Below are positions 50,383-63,778 of a stretch of 64,000 nucleotides of DNA, in pieces. This stretch comes from Mustelus asterias (lineage: Eukaryota). The notes beneath the pieces were generated by a model. The model saw only the letters and a program-made list of their open reading frames with translations. It was not told the DNA's origin and did not search any database. A program made the position numbers and the translations under genes. Location: contig NC_135808.1 of NCBI RefSeq assembly GCF_964213995.1, forward strand, positions 7,254,001-7,318,000, read 5' to 3'. Each line of letters opens with the position of its first letter. Positions within the stretch are counted from its first letter, which is position 1.

Positions 50383-51505
50383 CTGCGGTTGCTGGAACTG
50401 GAAACAAAATAGAAAATGCAAGAAAATCGCACTTGGTCTGACGGCATCTGTGGAGCCAGAATAGAGCCTGGCCGGGATTTTATGACCTCGCTCGGCGAGG
50501 CTCGTAAAGTCCCGCCCGAGGCAACGGAGAATTCCGTTCTGCTAGCCTTACCCGCCCCAATTCCGGAGCGGGCGAGATGGTTTCGAGTCTGGATGACCAT
50601 TCGTCAGAGCTGAGAGCAAAGAAAACCAGGCGAGATTTATACTATGAAGGTGGGGAAGGTAGTTGGACGGAGCAAATGTAAGTGGTGAAATATGCTCAAA
50701 GTTTCCATCAAGTAATCGAAATGTATGAATGGCAGAACTAGGCACAGATTGTTAAAGACCACTTGAGGAATATGGAAGTTGCCCTGAAGGCGGAGAGGGA
50801 GGTGGGGGAGGGGTGGGGGGTGTTGGAGATAAGGTGGGGAGCGGGATTTGAGAAATTGAAAAATAGAAGTACGAATGAAAGCTGATAAAAATGGGTGAGT
50901 GAGATGAAAAGAAAAAATGAAATAAAATAAATGGAAATGGGGTGGATGTGAAGGAGGAAGTTCATGCCTTGAAGTTGTTGAACTCAATCTTCAGTCCGGA
51001 AGGCAATAAAGTGCCCAATCGGAAGATGAGCTGCTGTTCCTCCAGTTTGCGTTGGGGTTCGCTAGAACATTGCAAATGGCCGAGGATGGACACGTGGACA
51101 TGAGAGCAGGGTGGTGTGCTGAAATAGCAAGCGACAGGAAGGTCTGGGTCCTGCTTGCAGATGGACCAAAGATGTTCTACAAAGCGTTCACGCAGTCCGT
51201 GTTTGATCTCTCTAATGTAGACTAGACAGGAGAGTACATCGAAGGCACCAAACGCAGACTGTGAGATCTCTTTAATCCTGTTCTGCCATTTACACATTCC
51301 AATCCCTTCATGGACACTTTTAGCACCTTTCTCAGCCTTTGTCATCATCATTTACATTTCCTTTGTCCAACTACAGCCCCCCTCCCCCCATCCTCATAGT
51401 ATACATCTGGTGTGATTTTCATTGCTCCCCTTTCAGCTCTGATGAATGGATATCCAGACTCAAAACGTTGACCTGCTGATATTTTCCAGCATTTTCTGTT
51501 TCCGG
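50383..51505 (-). mobile_element. Penelope-like element: GIY-YIG C-terminus with inverted pLTR
   Basis: ORF 50962..51351 (VYIREIKHGLRERFVEHL...RKLEEQQLIFRLGTL..GLKIEF). Inverted hammerhead-like motifs at 50579-50612 (-) and 51434-51470 (+). Confidence 0.75.
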
Positions 51506-51804
51506 TCAAAAGTCCAATGGCAACAGGGAAGAAACTGTTCTTGAGTCTGCTGTACGTGATCTTAGACTTTTTAAAATCTTTCTCCCAACGGAAGAAGGTG
51601 GAAGAGAATATGTTCGGGGTGTCTGGGTTCCTTAATTGTGCTGGCTGCTTTTCCGAGGCATCCAAATTTGAATACAATAGCTATCAACAACCTGCGGTGC
51701 ACCAATACGCACCAAATTGGTAACACAATTCGTGACTATTTCGATAAGTTAATCGAGTGAAATGAATAAAAGAATTGCTATATTTGACTGTTCGTTCCCT
51801 ACAG

Positions 51805-51998
51805 GCCGGGAGGAGCACGACAACACTGGATGTTCGCTGCAAAGGCAGCTGATTGCGATGGGAGTGAGACTTGCAGTGTTTGCTGTGTTAATCATGATAA
51901 CGATATCTCTCGTATATTGCTGCGAGTTTCGAGGTTCTCCTACTACAGAGCGTGAAGAAGCTACCACACCTGGCAGGCATCCCATGGTAAAAAGTTAA
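51805..51998 (+). CDS. Gene C stalk/TM/short-tail exon with Arg in TM (LIAMGVRLAVFAVLIMITISLVYCC)
   Basis: Acceptor ttcgttccctacag| in phase 1, open to TAA at 51998. AATAAA at 52515-52520. Confidence 0.85.
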
Positions 51999-54019
51999 AC
52001 TGAACCGATTGACACTTTGGACAAATTGTATTTGCAGTTCATTATAAAGTGGCAGCAGAAGTGATTTCTTTTTTAGTTTATTTATCAGCGTCACAAGTAG
52101 GTTCACCACTGCATTGAAGCCACTGTGAAAATCCCCTAGTCGCCACACTCCAGTGCCTGGTCGGGTACACTGAGGGCGAATTTAGCTTAGCTAATGCCCC
52201 TAACCAACGCGTCTTTCGGACTGTGGGAGGCAACTGGAATACCCAGAAAAACCCACGCAGATACGGGGAGGACGTGAAAGCTCCACACAGGCAGTGACCC
52301 AAGCCAGGAATCGAACTCGGGACCTTGGCTGTGTGAGGCAGCAGTGCTAACCACTGTGCCACCCTGCTGCCCATGGTTCTAGCTGTTAAATGCAAACGTG
52401 GAGAAGCATGTACAGTCTGTCCCAACGTCACTTGTGTGCGGGCACGATCATATGCCCTTCATTATCTCTCCCGCCACCACCCCCCCAATCCCTTTTATAT
52501 TTAAGTGGTTTACTAATAAAACATTCTATTCTGTGTTATTGTCGATAGTCCATTAGATGGCGCAGTCATTGCCAATTTCATATGTCTCGGGTTCCCATTT
52601 TAAGTAATTTTATCTCCTAATTGCTGGAAAAAAAACTGACATCGATACATGTTAACGCTCTTACACCATGTTGTATTTTCCCCCCAGCGAAGACGGGAAA
52701 AGATGACAAGAGTCATACAATGACAATCGTATAAGGAACAGAAAACCACATGAAGGAACAAGCGGAAGATCTATCACTCATTATAAGCGAACATTTGTTG
52801 TATTTTCTCCTTCATTATCATTAAATGTAAATATGTGCTATAAAATATACAATGTATGCAGCTCTGTAGTCCAAATTCCGATGCTAGCCTGCAATACAGG
52901 AAAGAGGTATGCTTCATTGAGGGACATTCAGTTTCATAGAAAAAGCAAGGAGAATTCAAACTTAGCAAAGCATGACTCTTCATCGCAGAGAATGAAACAT
53001 GGATTTATTTTCGATTTTTCTTGTCCTTTTCTCTAAGTATTTGTTGTCGACTTTTCTGATGAGCATTGAACTTACTCCGCTTTGCACGCTCGCTCTGCAA
53101 GTGAAGAAACCTTATATGAGGTTCGACAGAGTCTATGAGCAACAGGAGTCCTATCGTTAGCCAACAATGAGATTTAACACCTTTTGAAGCAAATGGTGTC
53201 TTGTAGGTAACCTTTTATGTATTGCCACCATGTTTCCTGATGCGATTTGATACGGGATCAGCACCTTGTAATAGTTGTGCTTGTCGCTCCCTACCCCTTG
53301 TCATTTTGACTTATCAAAGACATGCTGACATGGTGGCATGGTGGCACGATGGTCATCCGAATTTGGGTGACAGTCTGGAGTTTGCACGCTATCCTCCCAC
53401 AGTCCAAAAATGTGGAGGTTAGGTTGATTGGTCATGCTAAATTGCCCCTTAATGTACATAGATGTGGAGGTTAGGTGGATTGGTAAATACTCGGGTTTAT
53501 AGGGATTGGGCCTTGGTGAGATGCTCTTTCAGAGAGTCGATGCAGAGGGGCCGAATACTGTAGGGTTTCTATGATTCTAAAGATCTGCTAACCCATATGC
53601 ACACAGATATAAACTGTAGCTTAAATCAAAACTAAACAACATGAAACTGATTATAACTGGGCCATATGCAAAATTCTAATTGTAACGAATACTGCCACAT
53701 GGAGCTTTTTAAAGTAAATCCGTTTAAAGTGAAATGACCGAGTATTGTCACAGACTCTCTCATTACAATCAAAGACTGAAACCTGAATGAATTCAATCTG
53801 GCAATGTAGGAACTATGGACTTGAAAATAAAGCACATAGTTCAGATCAACCTTTGCTTCTATTCGATAAAGTAACGATGTCTGCACGTCACGAGGTAACT
53901 TTTACTATCTTAGACATACTTTGTAATGTTTGTCTGAGCTTTGTTGTGGATTATGCTTAATTCATTTTTTCTTCGCCATATATTGGAAGCGATACGTTTA
54001 TTCAATAAGTCAATCATCT

Positions 54020-56030
54020 ATAAGAACATAAGAAATAGGAGCAGGAGTAGGCCATCTAGCCCCTCGAGCCTGCCCCGCCATTCAATAAGATCATGGCTGA
54101 TCTGACGTGGATCAGTACCACTTACCCGCCTGATCTCCATAACCCTTAATTCCCTTACCGATCAGGAATCCATCCATCCGCGCTTTAAACATATTCAGCG
54201 AGGTAGCCTCCACCACCTCAGTGGGCAGAGAATTCCAGAGATTCACCACCCTCTGGGAGAAGAAGTTCCTCCTCAACTCTGTCTTAAACCGACCCCCCTT
54301 TATTTTGAGGCTGTGTCCTCTAGTTTTAACTTCCTTACTAAGTGGAAAGAATCACTCCGCCTCCACCCTATCCAGCCCCCGCATTATCTTATAAGTCTCC
54401 ATAAGATCCCCCCTCATCCTTCTAAACTCCACCGAGTACAAACCCAATCTCCTCAGTCTCTCCTCATAATCCAAACCCCTCATCTCCGGTATCAACCTGG
54501 TGAACCTTCTCTGCACTCCCTCCAATGCCAATATATCCCTCCTCATATAAGGGGACCAATACTGCACACAGTATTCCAGCTGCGGCCTCACCAATGCCCT
54601 GTACAGGTGCATCAAGACATCCCTGCTTTTATATTCTATCCCCCTCGCAATATAGGCCAACATCCCATTTGCCTTCTTGATCACCTGTTGTACCTGCAGA
54701 CTGGGCTTTTGCGTCTCATGCACAAGGACCCCCAGGTCCCTTTGCACGGTAGCATGTTTTAATTTGTTTCCATTGAGATAGTAATCCCATTTGTTATTAT
54801 TTCCTCCAAAGTGTATAACCTCGCATTTATCAACGTTATACTCCATTTGCCATATCCTCGCCCACTCACTCAGCCTGTCCAAATCTCTCTGCAGATCTTC
54901 TCCGTCCTCCACACGATTCACTTTTCCACTTATCTTTGTGTCGTCTGCAAACTTCGTTACCCTACACTCCGTCCCCTCCTCCAGATCATCTATATAAATG
55001 GTAAATAGTTGCGGCCCGAGTACCGATCCCTGCGGCACGCCACTAGTTACCTTCCTCCAACCGGAAAAACACCCATTTATTCCGACTCTTTGCTTCCTGT
55101 CGGATAGCCAGTCCCCAATCCACTTTAACACACTACCCCCAACTCCATGTGCCCTAATCTTCTTCAGCAGCCTTTTATGGGGGACCTTATCAAACGCCTT
55201 TTGGAAATCCAAAAACACCGCATCCACCGGTTCTCCTCCATCAACCGCCCTCGTCACATCTTCATAAAAATCCAACATGTTCGTCAAGCACGACTTTCCC
55301 CTCATGAATCCATGCTGCGTCTGATTGATCGAACCATTTCTATCCAGATGCCCTGCTATCTCCTCTTTAATAATGGATTCCAGCATTTTCCCTACTACAG
55401 ACGTTAAGCTGACCGGCCTATAGTTACCCGCCTTTTGTCTCCTTCCTTTTTTAAACAGCGGCGTAACATTAGCCGTTTTCCAATCAACCGGCACTACCCC
55501 AGAATGCAACGAGTTTTGATAAATAATCACTAACGCATCCACTATTACCTCTGACATTTCTTTCAATACCCTGGGATGCATTCCATCCGGACCCGGGGAC
55601 TTGTCCACCTTCAGTCCCATTAGTCTACCCAGCACTGCCTCTCTGGTAACATTAATTGTATTAAGTATTTCTCCTGCTGCCAACCCTCTATCGTTAATAT
55701 TTGGCAAACTATTTGTGTCCTCCACCGTGAAGACCGACACAAAAAACTTATTTAAAGACTCAGCCATATCCTCATTTCCCACTATTAACTCCCCCCTCTC
55801 GTCCTCCAAGGGTCCAACATTCACTCTAGCCACTCTATTCCTTTTTATATATTTATAAAAACTTTTACTATCATTTTTTATATTAATTGCTAGCCTAGCT
55901 TCATAGTCTATCCTTCCTTTCTTTATCGCTTTCTTAGTCTCTCTTTGTTGTTTCTTAAATTTTTCCCAATCACTTGTTTCTCCACTATTTTTGGCCACTC
56001 TGTACGCAGCTGTTTTTATTTTAATACTCT
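54020..56030 (-). mobile_element. Young CR1 LINE, uninterrupted 548-aa ORF2 segment (RT), truncated by the gap
   Basis: ORF 54352..55998 with KSPGPDG, NYRPVSLTS, DFQKAFDKV, GVPQGSVLGP, FADD; TAAGAACA tail. Confidence 0.95.
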
Positions 56031-56482
56031 NNNNNNNNNNNNNNNNNNNNNNNNNNNNNNNNNNNNNNNNNNNNNNNNNNNNNNNNNNNNNNNNNNNNNN
56101 NNNNNNNNNNNNNNNNNNNNNNNNNNNNNNNNNNNNNNNNNNNNNNNNNNNNNNNNNNNNNNNNNNNNNNNNNNNNNNNNNNNNNNNNNNNNNNNNNNNN
56201 NNNNNNNNNNNNNNNNNNNNNNNNNNNNNNNNNNNNNNNNNNNNNNNNNNNNNNNNNNNNNNNNNNNNNNNNNNNNNNNNNNNNNNNNNNNNNNNNNNNN
56301 NNNNNNNNNNNNNNNNNNNNNNNNNNNNNNNNNNNNNNNNNNNNNNNNNNNNNNNNNNNNNNNNNNNNNNNNNNNNNNNNNNNNNNNNNNNNNNNNNNNN
56401 NNNNNNNNNNNNNNNNNNNNNNNNNNNNNNNNNNNNNNNNNNNNNNNNNNNNNNNNNNNNNNNNNNNNNNNNNNNNNNNNNN
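56031..56482. other. Assembly gap (452 N)
   Basis: N run. Confidence 1.
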
Positions 56483-59400
56483 CTGCCTGTCTATCTATCT
56501 ATGCTCTATATTTTCCTGGAATCTGTCCATCACCAGTGAATTTATAGTTCTCCATTCAAGTTAATCAGAAGAACTTACATAAAATAAAAGTGGTTTACTG
56601 TTTCGGTGGACCAGCAGCCACACAGAGGTTAGCCATATCTGACAACATTCCGATGGTACATGTCACGCTGCTGTACCTTTAAGAAGTGTATTTTTAAACA
56701 TGTTTGTGCAGTTTGAAAGCAAGCCTGTTTTTTTTTATTTTGCAATTGGCACTGTGAAGCCTGTAGTGGCATCTTTTATTGTTGCTAGAACCACAAGATC
56801 CAGCATCACGTGAGCATATGCAATTTCTGCGCTAAACGTAAACCGGGGGTGCATGTTTGTAAGAATGTTGTGTTGGAACCGTATCCGTAGCTGTTAAGGT
56901 TTATACAACATCATGGTTGTATTTTTCTTGTTTGTAATTGTAATTGCTAATTTTCCTTCTATGTGTTGACTGTATTTTTAACTAAACTTTGTTTGGTAAA
57001 AGCTCCCCAGTGGGTCATGTTAATCATACGTGGAATGAAACATCTTACCTGTACCAAACTTCAATGATCTCGGATGACTTTTTAAGACCCCTTGGAGTTT
57101 CTAACCTGGATTATAAGTGAGTGATGATCATTTCCGGATTAGGTCTCGTAATAAATATGAACAATCAGCTCCTTTCTATGTCAGCCTCGGCAATGAAGAC
57201 TTAGAAAAGAACATTAGCAGCCTTCTATTATTATCAGTGCATAGTTTGTTGATTAAGTATACAGAAGAACAGTCAACTTAAAGCAAACTAATCATACCCC
57301 AATCTAATGTTGCCATCATATACCAAGCAGCTGATATAAATATCGGACAATTGTGCTGATGTTATTCATTGAGTAAGATTCGTGTTTTTAAACATATCAG
57401 ACCTGTGACTTCGTGAACCTTCATTCATGCAGTCCACCACATCTTATGATGGGTCTTGTGAACCTTGAAGTAGTTCTCATAAAAAGGCTGTCTTTGCCAG
57501 TTCAATTGTACAGAATAGCCCATTGTACAGCTGCCTCTCGGCTGCCCTATCTGTTTGGGAGGCATAACTAAACTTCCTCACCTTGGCTGCTGAAGGTGAA
57601 TGCACCCTATGAGTCTTCTCTACGTGCAGGGCGACGGAAATTGGACCTCTGTGAACATGAAACGCAATTGCATATTGCCGCGTTCAATTACTTTGAAGAT
57701 AATCCAAATTTAGCAAGATACGCCTCGGCCTAGAACTGCAACATGCAACCAGCACTGCATTTTGCTCTGTAAGCACCGTTCATCAAAGTGAACCCCGTAT
57801 TGCTTCTTTTTTTTTCTCAAGCATGCAATGCAAGATATGCAGACATCGTTACTGGTAATAAAATTTAGTCGTAATGGTTGGAAAAGACGCGAGAAGAATC
57901 ACAACAATTTGTTTTCATCCGCTTTTATTAACGCTATCTGTATAAACCAAGTACGGTTGAATTGCAATCTCTACCCAGTTCACTAGATTTCTGTGGTATC
58001 TTTCCGCGTGTTTTATTAGGCAATGACTTATCAGAAAACACGACATTACCGACAACACGAAATGGTGATTCATTTTGTCCTCACGATTTAATTCTATTCC
58101 CCTTTAAGCAATTTGATGAAGCAATAGGAAATGACACCAGAACTGTTGAGTGAAACTTTTCTGCGTACAGTATTAAAACTACATTGCAGACAAGACTGTC
58201 TTTTTATGGGAACTACTTACTCTTCATGGGATTCCCGAAAACGAAATCCCATATGTTTGCAAAATACCTCTGCACTATTTATGAACAGGACTGAGGTTGA
58301 GTGAACGGGACTTTCTGCATGTCTAAATCTAATGTTGTATAGAAAGCAAAGGAAGTTCTCTGGAACGAAAGTGTAGGATAATAGAACTCTATTCATAGAA
58401 CCATAGAATCTCTGCTGTGCAGAAGGAGGCCATTCGGCCCATCGAGCCTGCAGCGACAACAATCCCACCCAGGCCCTATCCCGCTAACACCAAGCGTTTG
58501 CCCAGCTAGTACCCTGACACCAAGGGGCAATTTAGCATGGCCAATCCACCTAACCCGCACATCTTTGGACTGTGGGAAGAAACTGGAGCACCCGGAGGAA
58601 ACCCATGCCGACAGGGAGAGAACGTGTAAACTCGCCACCGGCGGTGACCCGAGGCCGGAATTGAACCCGCGTCCCTGTCACTATCCACTGTGTCAGTGCT
58701 GTGACAGTTCGAATTCAGAAGACTATGTGGCAATTTCAATGTGCCCCGATTGAAACACATAAGATCATGCGGGGACTTGAGCAAATGGAGACTGAAAGGA
58801 TGGTTTTGCTTGTGGGAGAGACCAGAATTAGGGGATAGAGTTTAAAAATAAATGGTCTCGCATTCCAGTTGGGGAGGAGAAGATTTTGTATTCTCTCAGA
58901 GGTTCATCAGTCTTTAGAACTGTTTTCCTTGGAGAGCAGTGAAGGTAGAGGTAATGGATAATCTTAAGCCTAATTTAGGTCGATGTTAACGAAGCAGACC
59001 AGTGTTAACGGTTGTAGGTGGAATGTGGAGCTGAGGCTACAGGTAGATAATCATGGAGCAGGCTCAAGGGGACCGAATGGCCTACTCCTGCTCTTCATTC
59101 GTACGCTTGTAGAGGGCGAGGTTTTAAGCTTACCCATTTTACAGCACAGCTTTTCATGAAATTTAAACAAGGATCTGCACTATCTCTGTTTCTCATGGTA
59201 ACTGCAGTTTCTGATTCCGTATCTGGCTACGTTGACCATTCCGCGAGGATTCAGTCAACTCTTGAACTATCAAAGCAATGAAACTTGCAACGACATATTG
59301 ACAAATATTTGAAATGTCATTAAGAGTGGGAGTCTATATTGTTACTGTAGTTAAATAGTCAAGTAGATGGATACATATGTATCCAGCAACAACATGAATT

Positions 59401-59536
59401 AAACAAATGATCATATGGACAAAATCAGCAATGAAGTGATTGTGAAAATCCGCTAGTCGCCATCCTCCAGAGCCTGTTCGAGTATACTGAGGGACAATTT
59501 AGCATGGCCAATGCACCTAACCAGTGTCAGTGTCAT

Positions 59537-60367
59537 AAGAACATAAGAACATAAGAAATAGGAGCAGGAGTAGGCCATCTAGCCCCTCGAGCCTACCCCG
59601 CCATTCAGTAAGATCATGGCTGATGTGAAGTGAATCAGTTCCACTTATACGCCTACTCCCCATAACCCTTAATTCCCTTACCGATCAGAAATCCATCTAT
59701 CCGTGACTTAAACATATTCAACGTGGTAGCCTCCACCACTTCAGTGGGCAGAGAATTCCAGAGATTCACCACCCTCTGAGAGAAGAAGTTCCTCCTCAAC
59801 TCTGTCCTAAACTGACCCCCCTTTATTTTGAGGCTGTGCCCTCTAGTTCTGGTTTCCTTTCTAAGTGGAAAGAATCTCTCCACTTCTACCCTATCCAGCC
59901 CCTTCATTATCTTATATGCCTCTATAAGATCACCCCTCAGCCTTCTAAACTCCAACGAGTACAAACCTAATCTGCTCAATCTCTCCTCATAATCTACACC
60001 CCTCATCTCCGGTATCAACCTGGTGAACCTTCTCTGCACTCCCTCCAAGGCCAATATATCCTTTAGCAAGTAAGGGGACCAAACCTGCACACAGTATTCC
60101 AGCTGCGGCCTCACCAATGCCTTGTACAGATGCAGCAAGACTTATCTGCTTTTATATTCTATCCCCCTCGCGATAAATGCCAACATCCCATTTGCCTTCT
60201 TGATCACCTGCTGTACTTGCAGACTGAGTTTTTGCGACTCATGCACAAGGACCCCCAGGTCCCTTTGCACAGGAGCATGTTGTAATTTTTTTCCATTTAA
60301 ATAATAATCCAATTTGCTATTATTTCTTCCAAAGTGAATAACTTCGCATTTGCCAACGTTGTACTCC
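59537..60367 (-). mobile_element. CR1 LINE 3' part, closely related to 54020-56030, 12-bp TSD
   Basis: ORF 59653..60138; TGTCAGTGTCAT at 59525-59536 and 60375-60386. Confidence 0.9.
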
Positions 60368-63300
60368 GTTATACTGTCAGTGTCATTTATTGCTTGGAAT
60401 AATCTTAATCGCTCTAGGGGATCCCGATCCTATTCTATTCTGTTCATTGATACTCCATATGGAGTTATTGTGCCATGTTGTCTGCACTTGCCGTGAATTT
60501 CAGTTCCGAATCCTCCTTTCTTGTTCTTCAAGAAAATGCTGACACGCCTCTTTAATTGCTGTAAGACGTCATGCTTCCCGTATTTGTACCACAAGTAATT
60601 CTTTTACAGTACAGGGGGAAAATATTTGCAGAAGTCGACTGTACATTTCTCTGTCAAGTTACAGTAAGTAGATTTTTATCGTTCTGTTCCTTAGTAAAGC
60701 AGAAGTCATGTTCAGAATTTAACTGCATGTCTTTTTACTGTTCTTATCGTTAAAATCGATTTTAAAATGGGGGGAAATGGAAGGTAAGGCGAGCATTTGT
60801 TGCCCTTCGGTAATTTCCGTTGGAGTGAGAGGCTCACGAGGCCATGTCAAAGGGAACTTAAGAGTCAACCAAAACCCGAAGGGTTTCGGCCAACATGTAG
60901 ATCAGAACGGGTAAAGATGGTGGATTTTCTTCCCGAACGGACATTAGTGATGTAGATGGATTTTAACGACAATACGACGATAGACTCATGGTCATCATCA
61001 CTGAAAAAACATTACATTCCAGAATGTTCGAATTAATTTATTGAATATAAGCTGTAACTATGTTCCCAGAGCATTACAATTAAAGCAATACACTGCGGAT
61101 GCTGAAAATATAAAATAGAAACGGAAAGTGCAGGAAAAAATTCAGCGGGTGTGGCATCATCTGTGGAGAGAGAAAAATACAGTTAACGTATCGAGTCTGT
61201 GTGCCTCCTCTTCAGAGCATTAGCTGCTTTCTCCGAAATGTTTTGTCTAGTCACCTTCATACTCAGCCACTTCCTTAATTGATGTGTTTCTACTGTTCGT
61301 GCTTTCATTTAATACACTGTTAATTAGTGTTTTAAGTCAACGCTGAATGCTCATGCGTATATGAGCAGATTAATCCTACCACCCTCTCAAAGGCATTTAG
61401 GAGTGGGTAAGAAATATTGGTCTTGCCAGAGTCACCCATATCCCGTAAATGAATAGATGTACGCGCACACACATACATTTATGCAGCAGTTTTGACAGGG
61501 ACTGTTCGGGTTCCGTTCTGTATTGACTTTTACTGCACCTCGGTTCACCAATAACTCGAATCAGAAATTCGTCACCCTATTTCTAAGTCTGCCCATAACC
61601 CAAAGTGATCCTTTAGCTCTACGTGGCCATCTCATCATTTCCTTGTCTCTAATTTGCACCACACTTCGCCCCCAACTCAGCACGAGGACACAGTTGTTGG
61701 TGTCTTTCTCCTTGGCTTTAAATTCCCTGTCTGAAACACTTCCGCCTTTCTAGCGTTGTGACTCTCTTTTAGACCTCTGTTAAAACATGTCTTACAAGAG
61801 TTCCGGGTTTCGCGTCCATCTCACCAAGCTTCTCCAATGCGCCCTTGGACTCGAACCTACAATAAAGGAAATAAACGACTATCTGAGACTCAGAACACAC
61901 GGAATTACATAAGTTCACTTATATACCACATGCCGGATAGTCGGGCCTACTGAAGTCGCTAGAATCGAATATTCGCCACAAGTTATGGTTTCGAAACCTT
62001 TCACCGCTGAATGAGAAGGTGATGGGTTGAAGTCCTACTTGGCCACAAAATTCAAGGCAAATACTCTAAGGCAGGAACGTGTGTCGGGGGTAGGGGGGGG
62101 GGGGGGGAAGTGGCGTAGTGGTATCGTCACTCGACTCGTAACTCAGGATGATATTTGTGGGCCCGGGCTCAGATCCCACCACGTTAGATGGTGAAACTTG
62201 AATTCACTAATCTGGAATTAAAACTCTAATATTGATCGAGAAACCAATATCCATTGTCGCCACAACCCATCTGGCTCACTAATGTCCTTTAGGGAAGGAA
62301 ATCTGCCATCCTTACCCGGTCTGGCCTACATGTCACTCCAGACCCAGAGCAATGTTGTTGACTCTCAAATGTCCCCTGAAATTCTGGACAGTTAGGGAAG
62401 GACAATGAATGCTGGCCCAGCCAGCGATGTCCACATCAAAAAAGGTGCCCTTTTTTTTAAATGTGCGGCTAATTCGCACTTTCAGGTGAATGTGAGGAAT
62501 GCTAAAAAGTTATCGGAAGAATAACAAGGGGAACAATTTCTGCTGTCCTGACGCTAGATCTGGATGTTGAAAACACCGCTCTATATGAAATGTTCGTCCA
62601 GTTAACTAAGCATAAGAACACGGTTAGCACAGTGGCACAGTGGTTTGCACTGCTGCCTCACAGCGCTAGGAATCCAGGTTCAATTCTGGCCTTGGGTGAC
62701 TGAGTGGAGCGTGCGTGCTTCTGAGTAGGTTTCCGTTCGGTGCTCCGGGTTCCTCCCACAGTCCAAAGATGTGCAGGTTAGGTGGATTCGCCATGGTAAA
62801 TGTGTGGAGTTACGGTGATAGGCGGGGGAGAGTTCCTTGGTAGGATACCCTGTGAGAGAAGCAGTGTATGCTGAATGGGCCTCCTTCTGCTCTGTAGGCA
62901 TTCTATGATAAGATCCAAGAGCAGAAATACACTATTCAGTCATTCGAAACTGCTCCACCATTCAATAAATCGTGTCTAATCTTGATAGGGATCTCAACTC
63001 CACAGAGAACATAGAACAGTACAGCACAGTACAGACCCTTCTGCCCACGATGTTGTGCCGAACCTTTTCCGAAGCCAAGATCAATCTATCCCACTCCCTA
63101 TCATTGCCGACCTTCCCTCATAGCTCTTGACTCCCTTATCTATCTAAAACCCCTCTAACTGTGTCTTGATTGGATTCAACGACCCAGCCTCCACTGTGCT
63201 TTGGCAAGCGAATTTCATATACTTTGGGGGGGGGGCTGCGATGCTCAGTATCTCCGTCTCAAACATCACTTTATCCTTAAACTGCGTCCTTTAGTACTAG

Positions 63301-63430
63301 TTTCTCCCAGAAGTGAAAACATCTTCCCGTTTTGTGGCCTATTATGGTGCCTCAGGATCGTATATGTTTCAAGAAGATCAACTCTCATTCTCCACTACGT
63401 GTAGGCTCAAACTGTCCATCCTTATAGATA

Positions 63431-63760
63431 CGGCACGGTAGCACAGTGGTTAGTACTGCTGCTTCACAGTTCCAGGGACCTGGGTTCGATTCCCGGCTTG
63501 GCTCACTGTCTGTGTGGAGTTTGCACATTCTCCTCGTGTCTGCATGGGTTTCCTCCGGGTGCTCCGGTTTCCTCCCACAGTCCAAAAATGTGCGGGTTAG
63601 GTTGATTGGCCATGCTAAAATTGCCCCTTCCTGTACTGAGATGCGTAGGTTAGAGGGATTAGCGGGTAAATGTGTGGGGGTAGGGCCTGGGTGGGATTGT
63701 GGTCGGTGCAGACACGGTGGGCCAAATGGCCTCTTTCTGTGCTGTAGGGATTCTATGATT
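63431..63760 (+). mobile_element. HE1-type SINE
   Basis: Canonical head, core and tail. Further copies at about 32018-32332, 33820-34108, 37960-38260, 42160-42448, 45461-45777, 49165-49398, 52075-52365, 58393-58690 and 62620-62908. Confidence 0.85.
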
Positions 63761-63778
63761 ATACTACTGAGCATTCAG

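Noticed and set aside
60390-60700. Minus-strand V-like traces (LTVT*Q..LYC..TGSMT; NYLWYKY)
   Set aside because: Opposite orientation to the cluster, many stops, and motifs scattered across frames; not distinguishable from chance by eye.
278-63760. Many recurrent 60-120 aa ORFs (MVAQWLALL..., GSLSVWSLH...) and tRNA-like A/B boxes
   Set aside because: These are translations and heads of the same SINE families, not genes or tRNAs.
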